Source: Amoebophrya sp. A120 (Eukaryota; Protista; Dinoflagellata). From it: 64,000 nucleotides of DNA. The notes under the pieces are model-generated. The model did not search any database. It was not told where the DNA came from and saw only the letters and a program-made list of their open reading frames with translations. Of this stretch, positions 1-12,800 are shown in pieces. The stretch spans positions 62,001-126,000 of the forward strand of contig CAJINV010000020.1 in the NCBI GenBank assembly GCA_905178155.1, read 5' to 3'. Each line of letters begins with the position of its first letter. Within the stretch, counting starts at the first letter, position 1. Both the position numbers and the translations under genes were made by a program.

Positions 1-517
1 GGTAGCATAGTCTGTTAGTGGCCTCACGTAGATCCACCACAGAAGTTCCATTTCCCCCTTCTCTTAGAAGTTGCACTCCCTTGTGGTAATTCAAATGATC
101 CCAACACAACTCTAACTCTAAGTAGGAGCGTTGGCCACAAACAGAAATAATCCGATTCAGGTTGTTTAGTATTGACACGTCATTAGAGGATGCGAAACCG
201 ATTTTTTTTCCCGGACTGTAGTTTTTCTAGTACCGAGGACAGTTTTACAGACTAAGCGGTTTTGGAGCTTTCTCACTTTATCATTATAGCCAATTCCAAT
301 GAATCGTTTCAAGACTGTGCTGCAAAAATATTTTCCGACAGCTGCAAGGACTTCGATTCAAGTACCTTCAGCTTCACATAGGATCTGGTGTTTGTTCTGA
401 ACAAAGCACAAGCTTTTCTTTTGCTACTTGGTTCGAAGCAGCACAGGCAAAAGGAAAACGAAGACAGCTTTCGACTGTGCCACCAGCGGCATTATGCTCT
501 GTCAACGTTTCCATCTG

Positions 518-775
518 TCAGTACGTTCTACTCTGCGTGTTCTTTACGGCGTCGACAGCAGAACTACTTCTGTGCCAGTTTGCAGCGGGTATGCACTTGT
601 GATTCTCGTTTTCTATTTCCGGATCGAGCAAAAGCAGTAAGAAGTACAGTACGGTAAGCAGCACCAACAGCCCCGCAAAGGCACACAAGAGGTTACTGAG
701 CCCGAGTACGTAGCACACTGCGAAAAAAACAAACGGAAGCAGGGAAGACCACTGGAAGATGGAAGAAGCCGCCAT
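518..775 (-). CDS. Hypothetical small membrane/secreted protein (possibly first exon only)
   Basis: ATG-initiated ORF with a long hydrophobic N-terminus, on the same strand as all other genes; no recognisable domain. Confidence 0.25.
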   Translation of the reverse strand: MAASSIFQWSSLLPFVFFAVCYVLGLSNLLCAFAGLLVLLTVLYFLLLLLDPEIENENHKCIPAANWHRSSSAVDAVKNTQSRTY

Positions 776-1518
776 CTTGAATCGAATTATTCTCCGGCAG
801 GTTAAAACTGGTTGGTACTAGGCGACGAAAATTATTTTTTCATCCATCGAAGATCATCATGGGCAAAGGTTCCATGATCGAGCTGTATCAATCCTCTTTG
901 CGTCCACCGTTTGATCTATATGTTGTGAACTGCTTGGTGCAAGAACGTCGTTGGAATTCCCAAAAAACACTCAAACTTTGCGCCTCACGAACCTTCAGTT
1001 GAGTAGAACTGCCGCAAGAATACCATTAGTTACGCGGCGCCTGTGGTCTCTTAATACACTGGACCTGCTGCTCGAGCTGAACTGCATTGGCATCCACTAC
1101 TGTAACTGTAAGCTTGATCTTCATCTTGCACGTTGTTGACAATCACAGGCAGAAACCAATGATCACACCATCAAACTTGTGCAATCAATGGAAGTAGAAG
1201 TTGTGAAGCTTTCCTTTGCAATTAGGACGTGGACGTCAAACTAGGTTTACAATTTGAGTTTACATCATTTGAAAGCTTTTTTCAATTAATTTGTTCGCGG
1301 GTCGTGTAATGATTAATTTTGAAATTGAATACAAAAGCGAAAGTGCGCCTTCCAAGCATTCTACAGGTAGAGGTATGCGCATGCCAATAAAGAAATTGAT
1401 TTTCGTAGCAGAAGCGCAATTTGTACACAAAGAGAAAAGATTTTTAATTTCGGAATATGTCAATCTCGTAGGTAGTGGCGTACGTGAGGCCTCCACCACT
1501 TCACTGCACTACTATCAC

Positions 1519-4277
1519 TTAGCTCAGTTTTCGCTTAGTATCTACCCGCATCCATGAGTGGAGCAGCGCTGATGTCTCCTGCTCCGCCTCCGGAAAATCG
1601 ATAGCAGCGTCTTCTCGCGGCTCAGGATAGTAGTTCATTTGTTGGAGCGAAGAAGAATCTACTCCGGGCGTAGATGTTGTTGCATTTGTGCCGTTTACTT
1701 CGACGTTATTTCCCGTGGTACTGCTAGTATGATCTTCCCTATCTTCCGCTCGCATCTGCTCTGCTGCAGCTCCTGTAGAAGTAGTTGCGGCCGCTCCAGT
1801 CAAACCAGCTTCACCGCTCGCACCCGGAGAAGTACTGTCGTCCTCGACATCGACTATTTCATCAGCTTGTGCTGCTTCCCGCGCCGCACGACCACGGCCG
1901 CTGTTCTGCTTTTCACTTTCGCTTGAGGAGGACTTCCCGAAGGCAGCCCCCGCGGACTCCGTCAAACTGCCCGGGAAACCGACAGATGCACGCGGATCCG
2001 ATCTAGTATTGAAGTTGATGCTGGTGTTCTTCTGAGCTGCAGTGCTGCTACTCGCCGGCTCATTTAATAACGCTACGTCTGCCTGTTCCTCTTCTTCGTC
2101 ATTCGCATCCACCGGGACCACCACGGTAGTTCCCTGGTAGAAGTTCGGGCCAGTTTGTCGATTACCGAAGAAGGACGCTCGGTTTTTCGAAATCCGCACC
2201 TCTGCCTCGATCGACTGCTGCGTCACGATTGCGCCCTGGGACTGCTGCAGCAACACGTGGTCGTGCAAGATATAAGCCGCGCAGAGCGCTGTGAGGTGGA
2301 TTCCCGTGGGCCACCAGGAAAACGCGAACGCCGGCACGTTGAAGAGAAATCCGGCGAGAAAAATGCCGAACAGAACCCCAAAAGGCACCATCAGAAACTG
2401 CACGAAAACCACGTGCCCCTCGCGGAAATAGCCCGGTTTGTACAGATGCGCCAGTTCCTTCTTCTCGAAGTCGTTGAGGCGCAAGGCAGACTGGGTGTGC
2501 AGCAGCTTCTCCCCGATCTGGGCGAACGACAGAGACCCGCTTTTCTTCGACTGCCGCAGGTCGTTTTCCTCGGCTCTCTCCAAATCTAGAAATTCCTGCG
2601 GCTGAATCCGCAGCACCTCCCGCATGAAGATCCCGGGCAGGCTTTGGTCGATATTGAAAGGAAAGATCCCCCCTCCCCATACCGAAAAGGTGCGTCACAT
2701 AAAATTTGCGATGCTGATTTGTGGTCACAAATCGTGTCTGTCTTGCAAGAAGGCAACTCCGCAGGCTCCGCCGCATTATGGAGGCGGTTTGTGATGCAGT
2801 TTGGCCTACAGCGCAGACGTTTCTCATGCCAAGCGCCTAGGCCAAAACCTCTCTAATCAGGCTTGATGTAGGCCTGCCGTCACCTTCAGCAAGACAAATC
2901 TGATTTGTGTACGCAAATCCAGCATCACAGATTTCCGCTTTGATATGGGGAGGGGGGATTTTTCTTTTCGATAGCCGATCCCGGTCAGCGCCACCGTGTT
3001 GATGCACATGCAGCCCCGTATCAACTGTAAAAATGTCTGGGTCTGGAAGATTGGAACTTGTGATGCTAACTTTGGACTCTAGAAAAATCTGTATTGCATG
3101 ACCAGCAAGAGGAGTCTAGTTTGTGCTACGCGGGGAGGGCGTTTGTCATGCGGAGTAGGCATCAGGAAGCCCTCTCAAAATCTGTGATGCGCGGTCGTGC
3201 ATTACAGACGTCCTGGGTCATGCAAAACATGCATGACAAATCTCAGAATCTTCCAGACCCAGACATCTTTACATTTGATACCCCGCCCCGTGAAGTGATT
3301 TTGGATGCCGTTCGTGATTCCGGTGAACACAACCCCCCAGGGGAAAATTGACGAGTCGTCCAGAAACGAGGAGAAATAGTGGGAGGTAGACAGGGATTCC
3401 AGCAGAACAGAAAGAATCGCGAACAGCATCCCGGCGTAGAACCGGTACGTGGTGACGTATTCGCTGACCGCCGCGCCCGCCACACAACTCAGCACGGCGG
3501 CGAGGGAATTGCGGGCGGGAATGTGCCGCGCGTCCGAGGAATATGCATTGCAAATATAATGTCTGGGTCTGGAAACTTCTGATGCAAGGAAGGGAATAGT
3601 GAAAACATTGTAATGCGCTGCCCAGCATGACGAGTTTTGCCGTGGTTCTGAGTTGCGTACTCCGCATGAGAAACTGCGTTTTTGCATGACAGACAAGAGG
3701 AGCTCTTCCTGGCCCCGCAATACAGACTGCAGAGTCATACCAAACTAGCATGACAAATCCCGCAATCTTCCAGACGCAGACTACATATTTGCATTTGATA
3801 AGGAAATGCGGTTCGCCATTTCCAAATCTCGGTCCTCCATGATCTCGTGCCAGTTGCCCGGGCGAAAGTCGTCACTGATGCTGACGCCCAGCTTGACCAG
3901 GTTGCCCGTAATCGTGCCGGAAAAAATCCCGTACCGCCACAGGTACACCACATTGCAAAACGCGGCCGCGCTGGCGAATAGAAAGGTCAGAAACCAAAGC
4001 TTCTGGGCGAGGTTGCGCGACCACCTGAGGTTTGGAAGAGAGCAGGAAGAGAACTTATTATGGATACAGTTTTTATTTGATCACTTTGCTTTTGGTTTTG
4101 ATTTTGTTACGCCTACTCAACAAACACGTCATGCATCGATACAATACACGAGCGAACGCGGGGACGACTCATTCAATATTTTTTCATTTTCAGTACTTAC
4201 CTGTTATTCGCGTTCGAAAACAGCAGATGCTGGAGCTTCCCGGGCTTCACAATCGGGTGATAGATGTCGTCTACCAT
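1519..4277 (-). CDS. DUF1275/YoaK-family membrane protein; 1 GT-AG intron (4025-4200) and 3 introners
   Basis: Spliced model MVDDIYHP...AAAFCNVVYLWRYGIFSGTITGNLVKLG...GITNGIQNHFTGRGCMCINTVALTG...; the F-S-x-x-TGN-LG and G-x-QN...T-x-x-x-TG motifs are typical of DUF1275; frame is continuous after removing the elements. Confidence 0.75.
2652..2973. mobile_element. Introner, family B (TATC..GAAAAATCCCCCCTCCCCATA TIR)
   Basis: ~30-bp TIR; flanks gtcga/gccga (1 mismatch); removal of element+5 nt gives TGI(D/G)QSLPGIFMR in frame. Confidence 0.9.
3019..3280. mobile_element. Introner, family A (TATCAAATGYAAAAATGTCTGGGTCTGGAAG TIR)
   Basis: TIR; perfect flanks ccccg/ccccg; removal gives FTGRGCMCIN. 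Confidence 0.93.
3542..3800. mobile_element. Introner, family A
   Basis: TIR; flanks aggaa/aggaa; removal gives EMANRISSDARH. Confidence 0.93.
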
Positions 4278-4942
4278 CTTTAAGTATTTTCTTGCGGAAA
4301 AGGAGCTTCAGCTTGACAGGATTTTGGAAATGACAATAAGAGGCGTAACTGATGGAAGTACTGCTCTACTTTGCAACCAAACCCAATTGACCATAACGCA
4401 GTGTGAATATGCAACACACAGACACACAAATCGGTCAAATACCCTACTTACATGAAGACGAAAACGAAATCGCTCGCCCCCGCGAAAGCCAAACGACTCC
4501 AGACACTAATTGATTTCGAGAGAAACTGCTTGTTCGATTTTTTAACGAAAAGCGAACTACGGCGCACCACCATAATCACTTGCAGTGGCAGCCACGAACG
4601 ATGGATGCACGACAGGAATTCACAATTATTTTCACAAAATCAAGAAGAGGATTCACGAGCGATCTGTAGTGCTTGGGACATATTTTCAACAGTCGGTCAA
4701 AGTCTATACCAACCCTGATTTCCGGCACTGATATGATCTAAAGAGGCACGAGGCGATCAAGCAGCGTAGTGGTTCATTGCTCTCCCACCTTAACCAGGAG
4801 GGAGAGTGCGACATGGCCTTCCAAAATGCAATGTGTTCATTCAGATTTGCAAGAAGATCACGACAGACCATGATGCTCGATCCTCGACATCAATTTGAAT
4901 TTTCGTTTTCCTTCTACACAACAACATTACATTCATACTGGA

Positions 4943-6224
4943 TCACAATTTCAAGCGAAAATAAGCCTCAGAATCGTAAGCCGGGATCCCGATTTCCGTG
5001 GAGGAGAGCCAGCAACAGCCCGTGAGCAACTTCGTATCGACCACGCTGCTGTGCACGAGTAGGACGCCGGCCTCCTCCGAGACCCGCCAAACGTTGCATA
5101 CGGTGTCCTCCGCGCACGAGACGAGCAGTTCTTGTTTCGGATTGAAGGCCAAACCGGTTATCCAGCGGGCGTGCGCGGCGATCTCGGCGAACCGCTCCCG
5201 CGCTGCGATCGTGTACACGATCAGCCGACCGCTGCCGAACCCGACCACCATAAAGGTGCCGCCCGTGGCGCAGATGTTAACAGGAACGTCTTCGAAAGAG
5301 TCCTGGTGGAGTTTGCTCATCTGGATCCGCTCCCCGGGCGTCGCCACTGTCCACCACAGAATACTACCGTCCTCGTGACCGACCACGAGCTCGGAAGAAA
5401 GTTGCTGCTGGCCTGTTAGTTTTGTTATAGGTAAAGCCGCATTACAAATCTAAGTGCCAACTAGTAAGTATTGAAATTTACACGACTAGGGTGAGACTTT
5501 TGCAATGCATACAGCTACAGCCGGTACCATTCTCCGCCGTCGCGACCATGCTCATCCTGCTCGCGTGGAGGAAGTTGACACATTCGAGACACGTTACCCC
5601 CGACGTGTGTGAGGGAATATTTTCCGACAAATTTGCGAAGTTGTTCGGGTGTCGGTAGTCCACCAGTTGGACCGTCCCCCGGTGGTCTCCGAACGCCAAC
5701 ACTTCGCGGTTCGCGGACGGTAGCAGCGCGCAGGCGGCGCGGTGGGAGGAGAGTTTCTCGACAAAAGCGTCCGAGTTGTTGCCTTGTTCGGTGGAAACCA
5801 AATGAAGCAGAAACGAACCGTCCTCGGAGTAAATCTGCGTGCCGCCCTGGAATCCCACGCAGAGCAGAAATTCGCCGGAGAGCAGGCGAACATAGCGAAG
5901 GTAGCTGATCGGGCCGGAAAGCTGGGGACCGCCGAAGGAACGCTGCTCCGCGGGGTGCAGGAAAATCACCTGGTAAGAGGGAAGATGTGTGCGATTATAT
6001 GATCTATCATCAAGTTCAAGGCGAGAACTACGACCTCCACCAAAACATAAACAAATCAAAAGATGATAACATGTCGATCTTGCAATGGTACACGCTAGTA
6101 TAATTCACACCTTATTTCTGGAGGCAAAAGCGGCCAAGTTGTCGCTTGCTGTCATGTTGTTGTCTAGCAGGGAGGGCGAGGTCCCGCATGGCTCCGAGGT
6201 TTGCGAAAACGCGGTTGCAGCCAT
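4943..6224 (-). CDS. WD40-repeat protein, WDR54-like; two canonical introns (5970-6110 and ~5413-5530)
   Basis: N-terminal SPSLLDNN, VVGHEDGSILWW, AAHARWITGLAF...LLVSCAEDTVCNVW; exact donor of the second intron not resolved. Confidence 0.7.
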
Positions 6225-6849
6225 GGCCGTCCCGTGAAGAGGAAGATTCCGTCACTTCTGCAACGGAACCACTCAGTGCCGGAGCTCGAGAAAAAAAAAT
6301 AGTCGCGAAAGCAGATAGACCATAAAAATCAGGCGAGTGCACGAAACAAAGACAAGCGCTTTCCCTGTGACCACCGCAGTGACCACGGACTCATTGTCAA
6401 CTTGCAGCCATCGTGAACAAGCAGAACAAGACTGGTGGAATAAAACAACGTAACTGTTAGTATGTACTAACATTTTAGTAGACGTTATTCGAGATCGAGT
6501 CAGTCTGGATTCAAAAAATTATAGATGTTAAAGTAGATCTGTGAAAAAAAAGAACAACGTTGTTGAAGATCCTGTTTCGAAATTTCTGACCGTAAGTCGA
6601 CCTCAGCGCCACCACCATTGGCGCCTCGTTCCTCACTTGGGAAACACCGTGGCTGCCGCACCTGCTCCTGAAAAGTCGAACATCACCCGCGAGCCGACGA
6701 CTGATACTGCGAAAAATTTTGCTAGGCAGCGGGAAGGCTACAACCCCAGGCTGTATACAATTTCAAGATGAATTCAAAACCGTAATATGCACGTTCTTTT
6801 CGACGTGGTTGCAACACGACGCATATTTTGTTTCATCACCCTTCTGCAA

Positions 6850-9800
6850 CTATTCCGGCGGCCTGACGTGTGCTAAATACGTCAGAAAGCCCGCGGACAA
6901 CTGCGTCCGATGCTGTCTTTGCTTTTCCAAGAACCCCCGGAGCATCAATTGCCAATGTGTGAAATTCGGGAAGACCACAGAAAGCACGCTTTCTGCTTCT
7001 TCCTCAGGCGAAGGGATAACGTCAATACTGGAGTCCAGTCGTGTGCCCAGAATATATGAAGGAGCGGAATTCATCATCCCAGAGACCACCTCCGCTGGGG
7101 ATTGATTTGGATTTCTCGACAATTTCTCCTGCAGGATGTCGGTCTTTACCGTGTGGCAGCGGTTGAACTTGAATCTCAGGACCCAGTCATTTTCTCGTCG
7201 CGGGAGCGGCTCTCGTCGGGGGACTCGTGATTTGCTCTTGCTTTGGTTGTTCCGTCTGCTGTCTTGTTGAAGTTTTAGAAGCTCTTCGTCTTTTTCTGTT
7301 TTCCCTTCAATATTTCTGGACGTTGCGCGGCTTCTTTCGGACGTCGTGTCTTCATTATCTGTCCCAATATCGACCGAAGTGTCGACAGTATGGAGTTTTG
7401 GCGTTGCGTCTTCGAAAGTAGAATCTTCTCGCTGCGACTGCTCGCCCTCGTCTCCTTCATCTGCAGTGGTCTTCACGACGTGTTCCTTACTAGTACCAGT
7501 GCGTAATTCATCCGAGCTTGCAGATGTCAAGCGGCCTGCAGTTGCAACAAGCCGCACGACCTCCTGCTCTGCTACTTCCAATTTTTTGATGTTTCCGTCT
7601 GCATCGAACAGCTCGTCCCCATCTTCGGGTGGATCAAGACCTAGTTCGGCCAAGCTTGATGCTGGCGTTGCATCTTCCAGGGAGTTGTGAGATTCTTGCT
7701 GCTCCCCAGTCGCTTGGCGTTCTCTGGAAGGATGCTGGTGCACAGTAAAAGAAACAGACGTCGACTCTTCTTGACTTTGGTCCTGCCTTTCTGCGTCGGC
7801 CGCAAGGAACGCGTCCAGTGCGTCGTCGTCAAGCTCCTCGATGTTGCGGAGAGTCGCGAGCCGGCTACTTACCTGTGAGTGCGAGGACGATTTTCAAGTG
7901 GTTTACTTTTCGGTACAAGAAGGAGAACTTGTTCGTACAGCACGTATTTATGCATATGCTAACATACTAGGCGACGTCCTTTATCACTATAAAAGAACAG
8001 CATCCAACTAACTAGTACTGGGTCCATCGCGTCAGCCTCCAAAAGGTTGCTCGGGTAGTTGGAACTTTCCTTTTGTTCTGCACCATTCTCCTTCGACGAT
8101 CCAGTCCTGACTTCGATCGCCCGACTCACGACCGGCGGGGTGATTCCGCCCGTGCTGCTGGCTCCGTCGCCCAGCAAACCTATATCAACTGCAAAAAAGT
8201 CTGGGTCTGGAAACTTGTGATGCAAGTCCGTGAACAATAAAGTGCTCTGTCATGCGCCGCCAAGCATGACAAGTTTTTTCGTAATTCTGTGCTGCGTATT
8301 TCGCATGAGAAACTGCGCTTTTGCATGACAGGCAAGAGGGCCTCTTGGTGGCCACGCAATACAGAGTGCAGAGTCATGCTAGACTAGCATGACAAATCTC
8401 GCAATCTTCCAGACCCAGACATTTTTGCATTTGATAACCTAGGTTTTGCAGCAGTATCTTACTAGTGTTGTCGTTGTAGTTTTTCGGGCGGGGCGGCGAC
8501 GGCGGCGGCGGCACGGTGGTGACCGCTAGGAGAGACCAGAACTCTGCCAGGGAGAAGCTCTTGCTGGGAAAGTAGTCAGACGGGAACTGGAGTTCCAGTT
8601 GCAAGATCGGCTCGACGAAGACGGGAACGTAGACGTCGTTTTTTACCAAGCACAGCACGAAGTTGTGGCCAACGTCGTCGAGAAACGCCGTCATTTGGAT
8701 TTTATCGTCTTTGATTTTTCCTCGGTCATGTTGTTCAGTTGTAGAGCCAGGCATTCTAGTACTAGGAGATGTAGACGTAGCTGCCCAGTTTGCGCTCACC
8801 TGGTTGGCTGGCCCGGATCGGGAGTGTGGAATGGAGAAATGATGGACGTATCAAATGCAAACATTTCTGGGCCTGGAAGAATGCAAGTTTGTCATGCTTG
8901 TCTCGCATGACTCCTACATTTGTCATGCACGTTACCCAAGCGCTCCATTTTTCTGTCATGCAGAAACGCAGTTTGTCATGCAGGATAGGCAACACCTAGA
9001 AGCCCAGAAACTTGTCATGCTGAGCCAGCACTTGTGGCCTCATCATGATACGCCACCAAGCATCACAAGTTTCCAGACCCAGACATTTTTGCAGTTGGTA
9101 GGACGTGGAAGAAGTCGATAGTGCTTGATGTGGTTCCACCCCCACTTGATGTTCGAGAACCTCCTGAATGCTGGAAGGGATAGCCTTCTTTGGGAATTTT
9201 CGTCGCTTGCAGGCTCTCGATAGAAGTACTGGTCGTGGAGATTGCAGCAGCTCCACCCGGAGCCGTCGAGCTACCGTCTACTACTTCGGTCAGAGAGGAA
9301 GTTGTCGGAGCGGAAAGAAGAAGATTATTCGACGAAACAAAATGACAGGAAGCAGAAGACGAATTAACAGCGCTGGGGGTTGCAATCCCTGATCCCACCA
9401 TTTTCCCCACCGGCGTCCCCGTTGGCGTATTGACTTTTTGCAGAGTTCCCGGACTCGGCACAAACTTGTTGCTGGGCGTCGCCACTCGGCTCGCGGGAGC
9501 GAAACCAGCATGCTGGGATGATGATGGTCGTGCTTGTTGAGAATTACTATGTGCACCACCTGTTCCACCACCACCTCCGAGCTGCTTTATTGTAAGCTCT
9601 TGCTGGCTTGTCCCAGTGGTCTGCTCCTCTTTGCTTGTTTTTATTTCCGGTTGTAAAAACACCCGTGGCAGCGTCGGGGGTAGAGAACGTGCGGTCGCAG
9701 CTGCTCCCTTGTTGATGCCCTTGATCAGATACCGGTCCACCCCCCGCTCGGGAACTACAGGCTTTATTTCGGTAGGAGCTTTATTCTGATCTTGTCGCAG

Positions 9801-12800
9801 CGCTTGTTCCCCCGTGTCGGCGCACGACCTTGTAGCTGCTCCAAAAGCGACGTTCTCGATCCACGAGGCTAGGGAATAAGAAGCTGCAGTTGTTTTTGGA
9901 CGACGCGGCTCATCTGCATCTTTACCAGGTATAATGTTGTCCATGGTTTTTGCAGCAGTTTGCTCCTCTTTCGTTTCCAACCGAAGGTGATTCCGCAACC
10001 ACATACTTGTCCGGAAAAATACGTAGCTGGAAGTGACGTGCTGGTCGTGAAATGAAGATGTCGAAGATCCATCCAAGCTTCCCACACTGTGCAGCCCGGA
10101 CGTAGAAGATGTAATTGGCGGGTTGTACACTTGATGCAGACCCCTGGCACCCTGTTGTTGTCCGAGAGACTTCGCAGACTGCACTTGTTGCGCAGCCGTG
10201 GCGCAGCGCTGAAAGTACTTTTCTCGGATTTTGCGCAAAAAATCCTCAGTGGTCTGCGCGGAATGTTGCTGGTGCAGTAAGTTATCATCGTTGTAGCAAT
10301 TGTACTTCCTCACCGCGCGGTCAAACTCGCGCTCGATGTCACCGAAATGAGAATGCAGCAGCGACGCCAGCGTCAGGTAGGTGGGAACGATTTTTTCTTC
10401 ATCGAACCCGATGAACACGGCCCCCTCGTTTTGCATGAATTCGTGGAGGAGGTCCAGCACTTGAGTGGTTTGCGTGTAGCTGTGATGGAGAACCTGCTGG
10501 ATAACGGCGGAGAGATTCGGAGGTTCCTCTTGATCTACTTCAGTACTAGGAGCTGCTTCTTGTTCACAACTACCGTCTATTTGGTTTTCCTTTGTATTGT
10601 CGGTGTTCTTGCTGTGGGCGGTCGACGTCCCCGTTCCGGGGCATAACGCTCTCAACGTTTCTAAAATCAAGTCCACTGAGATTGGCCGGAGCAGACCCGG
10701 CACCGCTAGCCCCGGGACGCGGTGGCAAACAGCATCGATCAGGTGTTTGTTGTTCTGGTAGTACTGCACCTGAAGCAATCGTTTGTTTTTTTTGATGCTT
10801 GTTTTCAGAGTATTTGCACTGTTTGTTCCCTCGATGTTGCAGCCCTCCTCCTCCTCCGGGTCGTCGTCCGCTCCCGGCAACTGCCATTCATTTTCACCAC
10901 CCTTCTGCGCATAGTGTCCGGCGACGGTTTTCACCGACACACAAAGCTCCCGCAGTGGGGTGAGGAAAACCGTTGCGGCTTGGTGTCCCGCTTGCGCAAG
11001 CCGGTACACGAGTTGCTCGATGAGGAGGAGCCGCTGCTTCTTCTGAAAAATCCGCTGCGTGTACGCAAAAGTTTGCAGCATGCAGCAAGCGGACCCCAGG
11101 AGCAGGTCGTGGTCGAGGTCGGACTTCTCTAGGGAGCGTTGGAGTTGTAGAGGAGAGTCTACTCCAGTAGATGATGAGGAATACTTTAACTTTTCCACCT
11201 GCAATAAATGATCCTCCTGATTTGTTGCATTCGTGTAGTTGTTCCCTTCTCCGCCCGCACTGCTCGTCGTTCCTGTGGTTGTTCCCTTGATGTTCCGCCT
11301 CGTTCCGGCTGCTTCCTCAACCCCGGCGGCGACACTAGTGGAACCTCCAATTGTCCGTGAAGTCGTACTGGTAGCGGAGGAGGGTGGAATTCCCGCTCCA
11401 ACGAGCAGCTCCTGACTTCTCACCTGTTCTCCGGAGGACGGCACGGTGTTGTTTGTTCCCCCTCCTCCCCCCGCTCCGGAGGACCGGACCGACGACGCGG
11501 TGCTCGGGACTTTGGGCAAGCTGCTTTGCGTGCTGCTCTGCTCGGCCACGGAGGCGAGCACGCGCTCCTCTCCGCCGAGGACGACGCGGTGGAAGGCAGT
11601 CCGAATCCGGTCCACGTGCTTTCCCACTTCGGCCACGTAGGAGCTCGACGCCCGACAAGTGGAGGAAGAAGAGACGGGGGTTGCAGTTGAAGTTGTTGTG
11701 CTGGTGACCAAACCCGAGCTGGGTGCGGCAGAGGTGGTGTCTACGAGTACGGTTTGATCGTCGCTTTTAATATTTTTTCCGGGCTGTTGTGCTAGTGCTT
11801 GTTCAACTGCCGAAGTCTTTGAACCCTTATCAACGCCATTAATATCCTCCCCTTTCTCCAGCTGCACCCGGATCTCGCGCACCACCCGCCGAGGGGAGGT
11901 AGGAACGTTTGTGTAGTTCCAGCGCTGTCTCCTTTCCACGGTTTCTAGCGGGGAGGGGGTTGTGACGAAGAAGTCATCCCTGACGACCCCGGTTTTGTTT
12001 TCCACATCCACCGCTCGGACCTCGGTCGTCGACGGCCGCCGCGGCGGTGCCAGCAGCGAAGAGCCGATGGGCCCGACGATGGTCGTTGCTCCTGGGGGTG
12101 AGAAAATAATAGCCGGTTGATGTGGCTGGTTGTATAATGGCTGCGCTTGTCCGCTCGTCGTGGAGGTGGTCCCGTCGTCTTGTACTAGTGCACCAGAAAA
12201 ACCATCATTTCTACCAGTCGTTGTGGTAGTTGTCGTTACAAAGATGTCATCTAACGACCTTGGCAGAACAGACGTACTAGACCCCGTAGAAGTTCTTGTA
12301 CCTGGCGGCAGCTGAGACCGTAATGGCGAAAGAACCGCTTTGTTCGACGATGAGCCCGGCATCGACGACGTCCGGCTGGTGTTCGCAGCAAAAATCAGCT
12401 GGTGCGTTTGCGTCCGCGCAAGCGACTTGCGGACGAGCGTGGAAGCTGTCGTGTTGTAGTTGTCCTCGATGCGGGGGTTGGATACAGCGGTTTCCGTACG
12501 ACCCTCGTTCGCGGCCAGAGGTGGAAGGAAAAATAGATATTCCGCTATTTCACGCAGGAAGGTAATTGCCACTCCTTCGCTACTTCTACTAGCTGCAGGT
12601 CTTTCTTCATTTCCCGCTTCTTGACCACGCCTGTCAGCACCGATAGAAGACGAATTATCCGTGCACGCATGCTGTACCGACACGACCAAGTCAGCTAGTA
12701 GGAGCAAGCTGAGATTCAAGTTCTGACTAATCCCGAGGAACCCATCCGAGTTCAGCTTCTTGTGCGAAAACGTGTGCAACAGGCGCGCTTTATCATTGGC

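Noticed and set aside
2652-2973. Tc1/mariner-type TA target duplication
   Set aside because: Keeping one TA causes a frameshift; the TA belongs to the TIR and the duplication is the outer 5 bp
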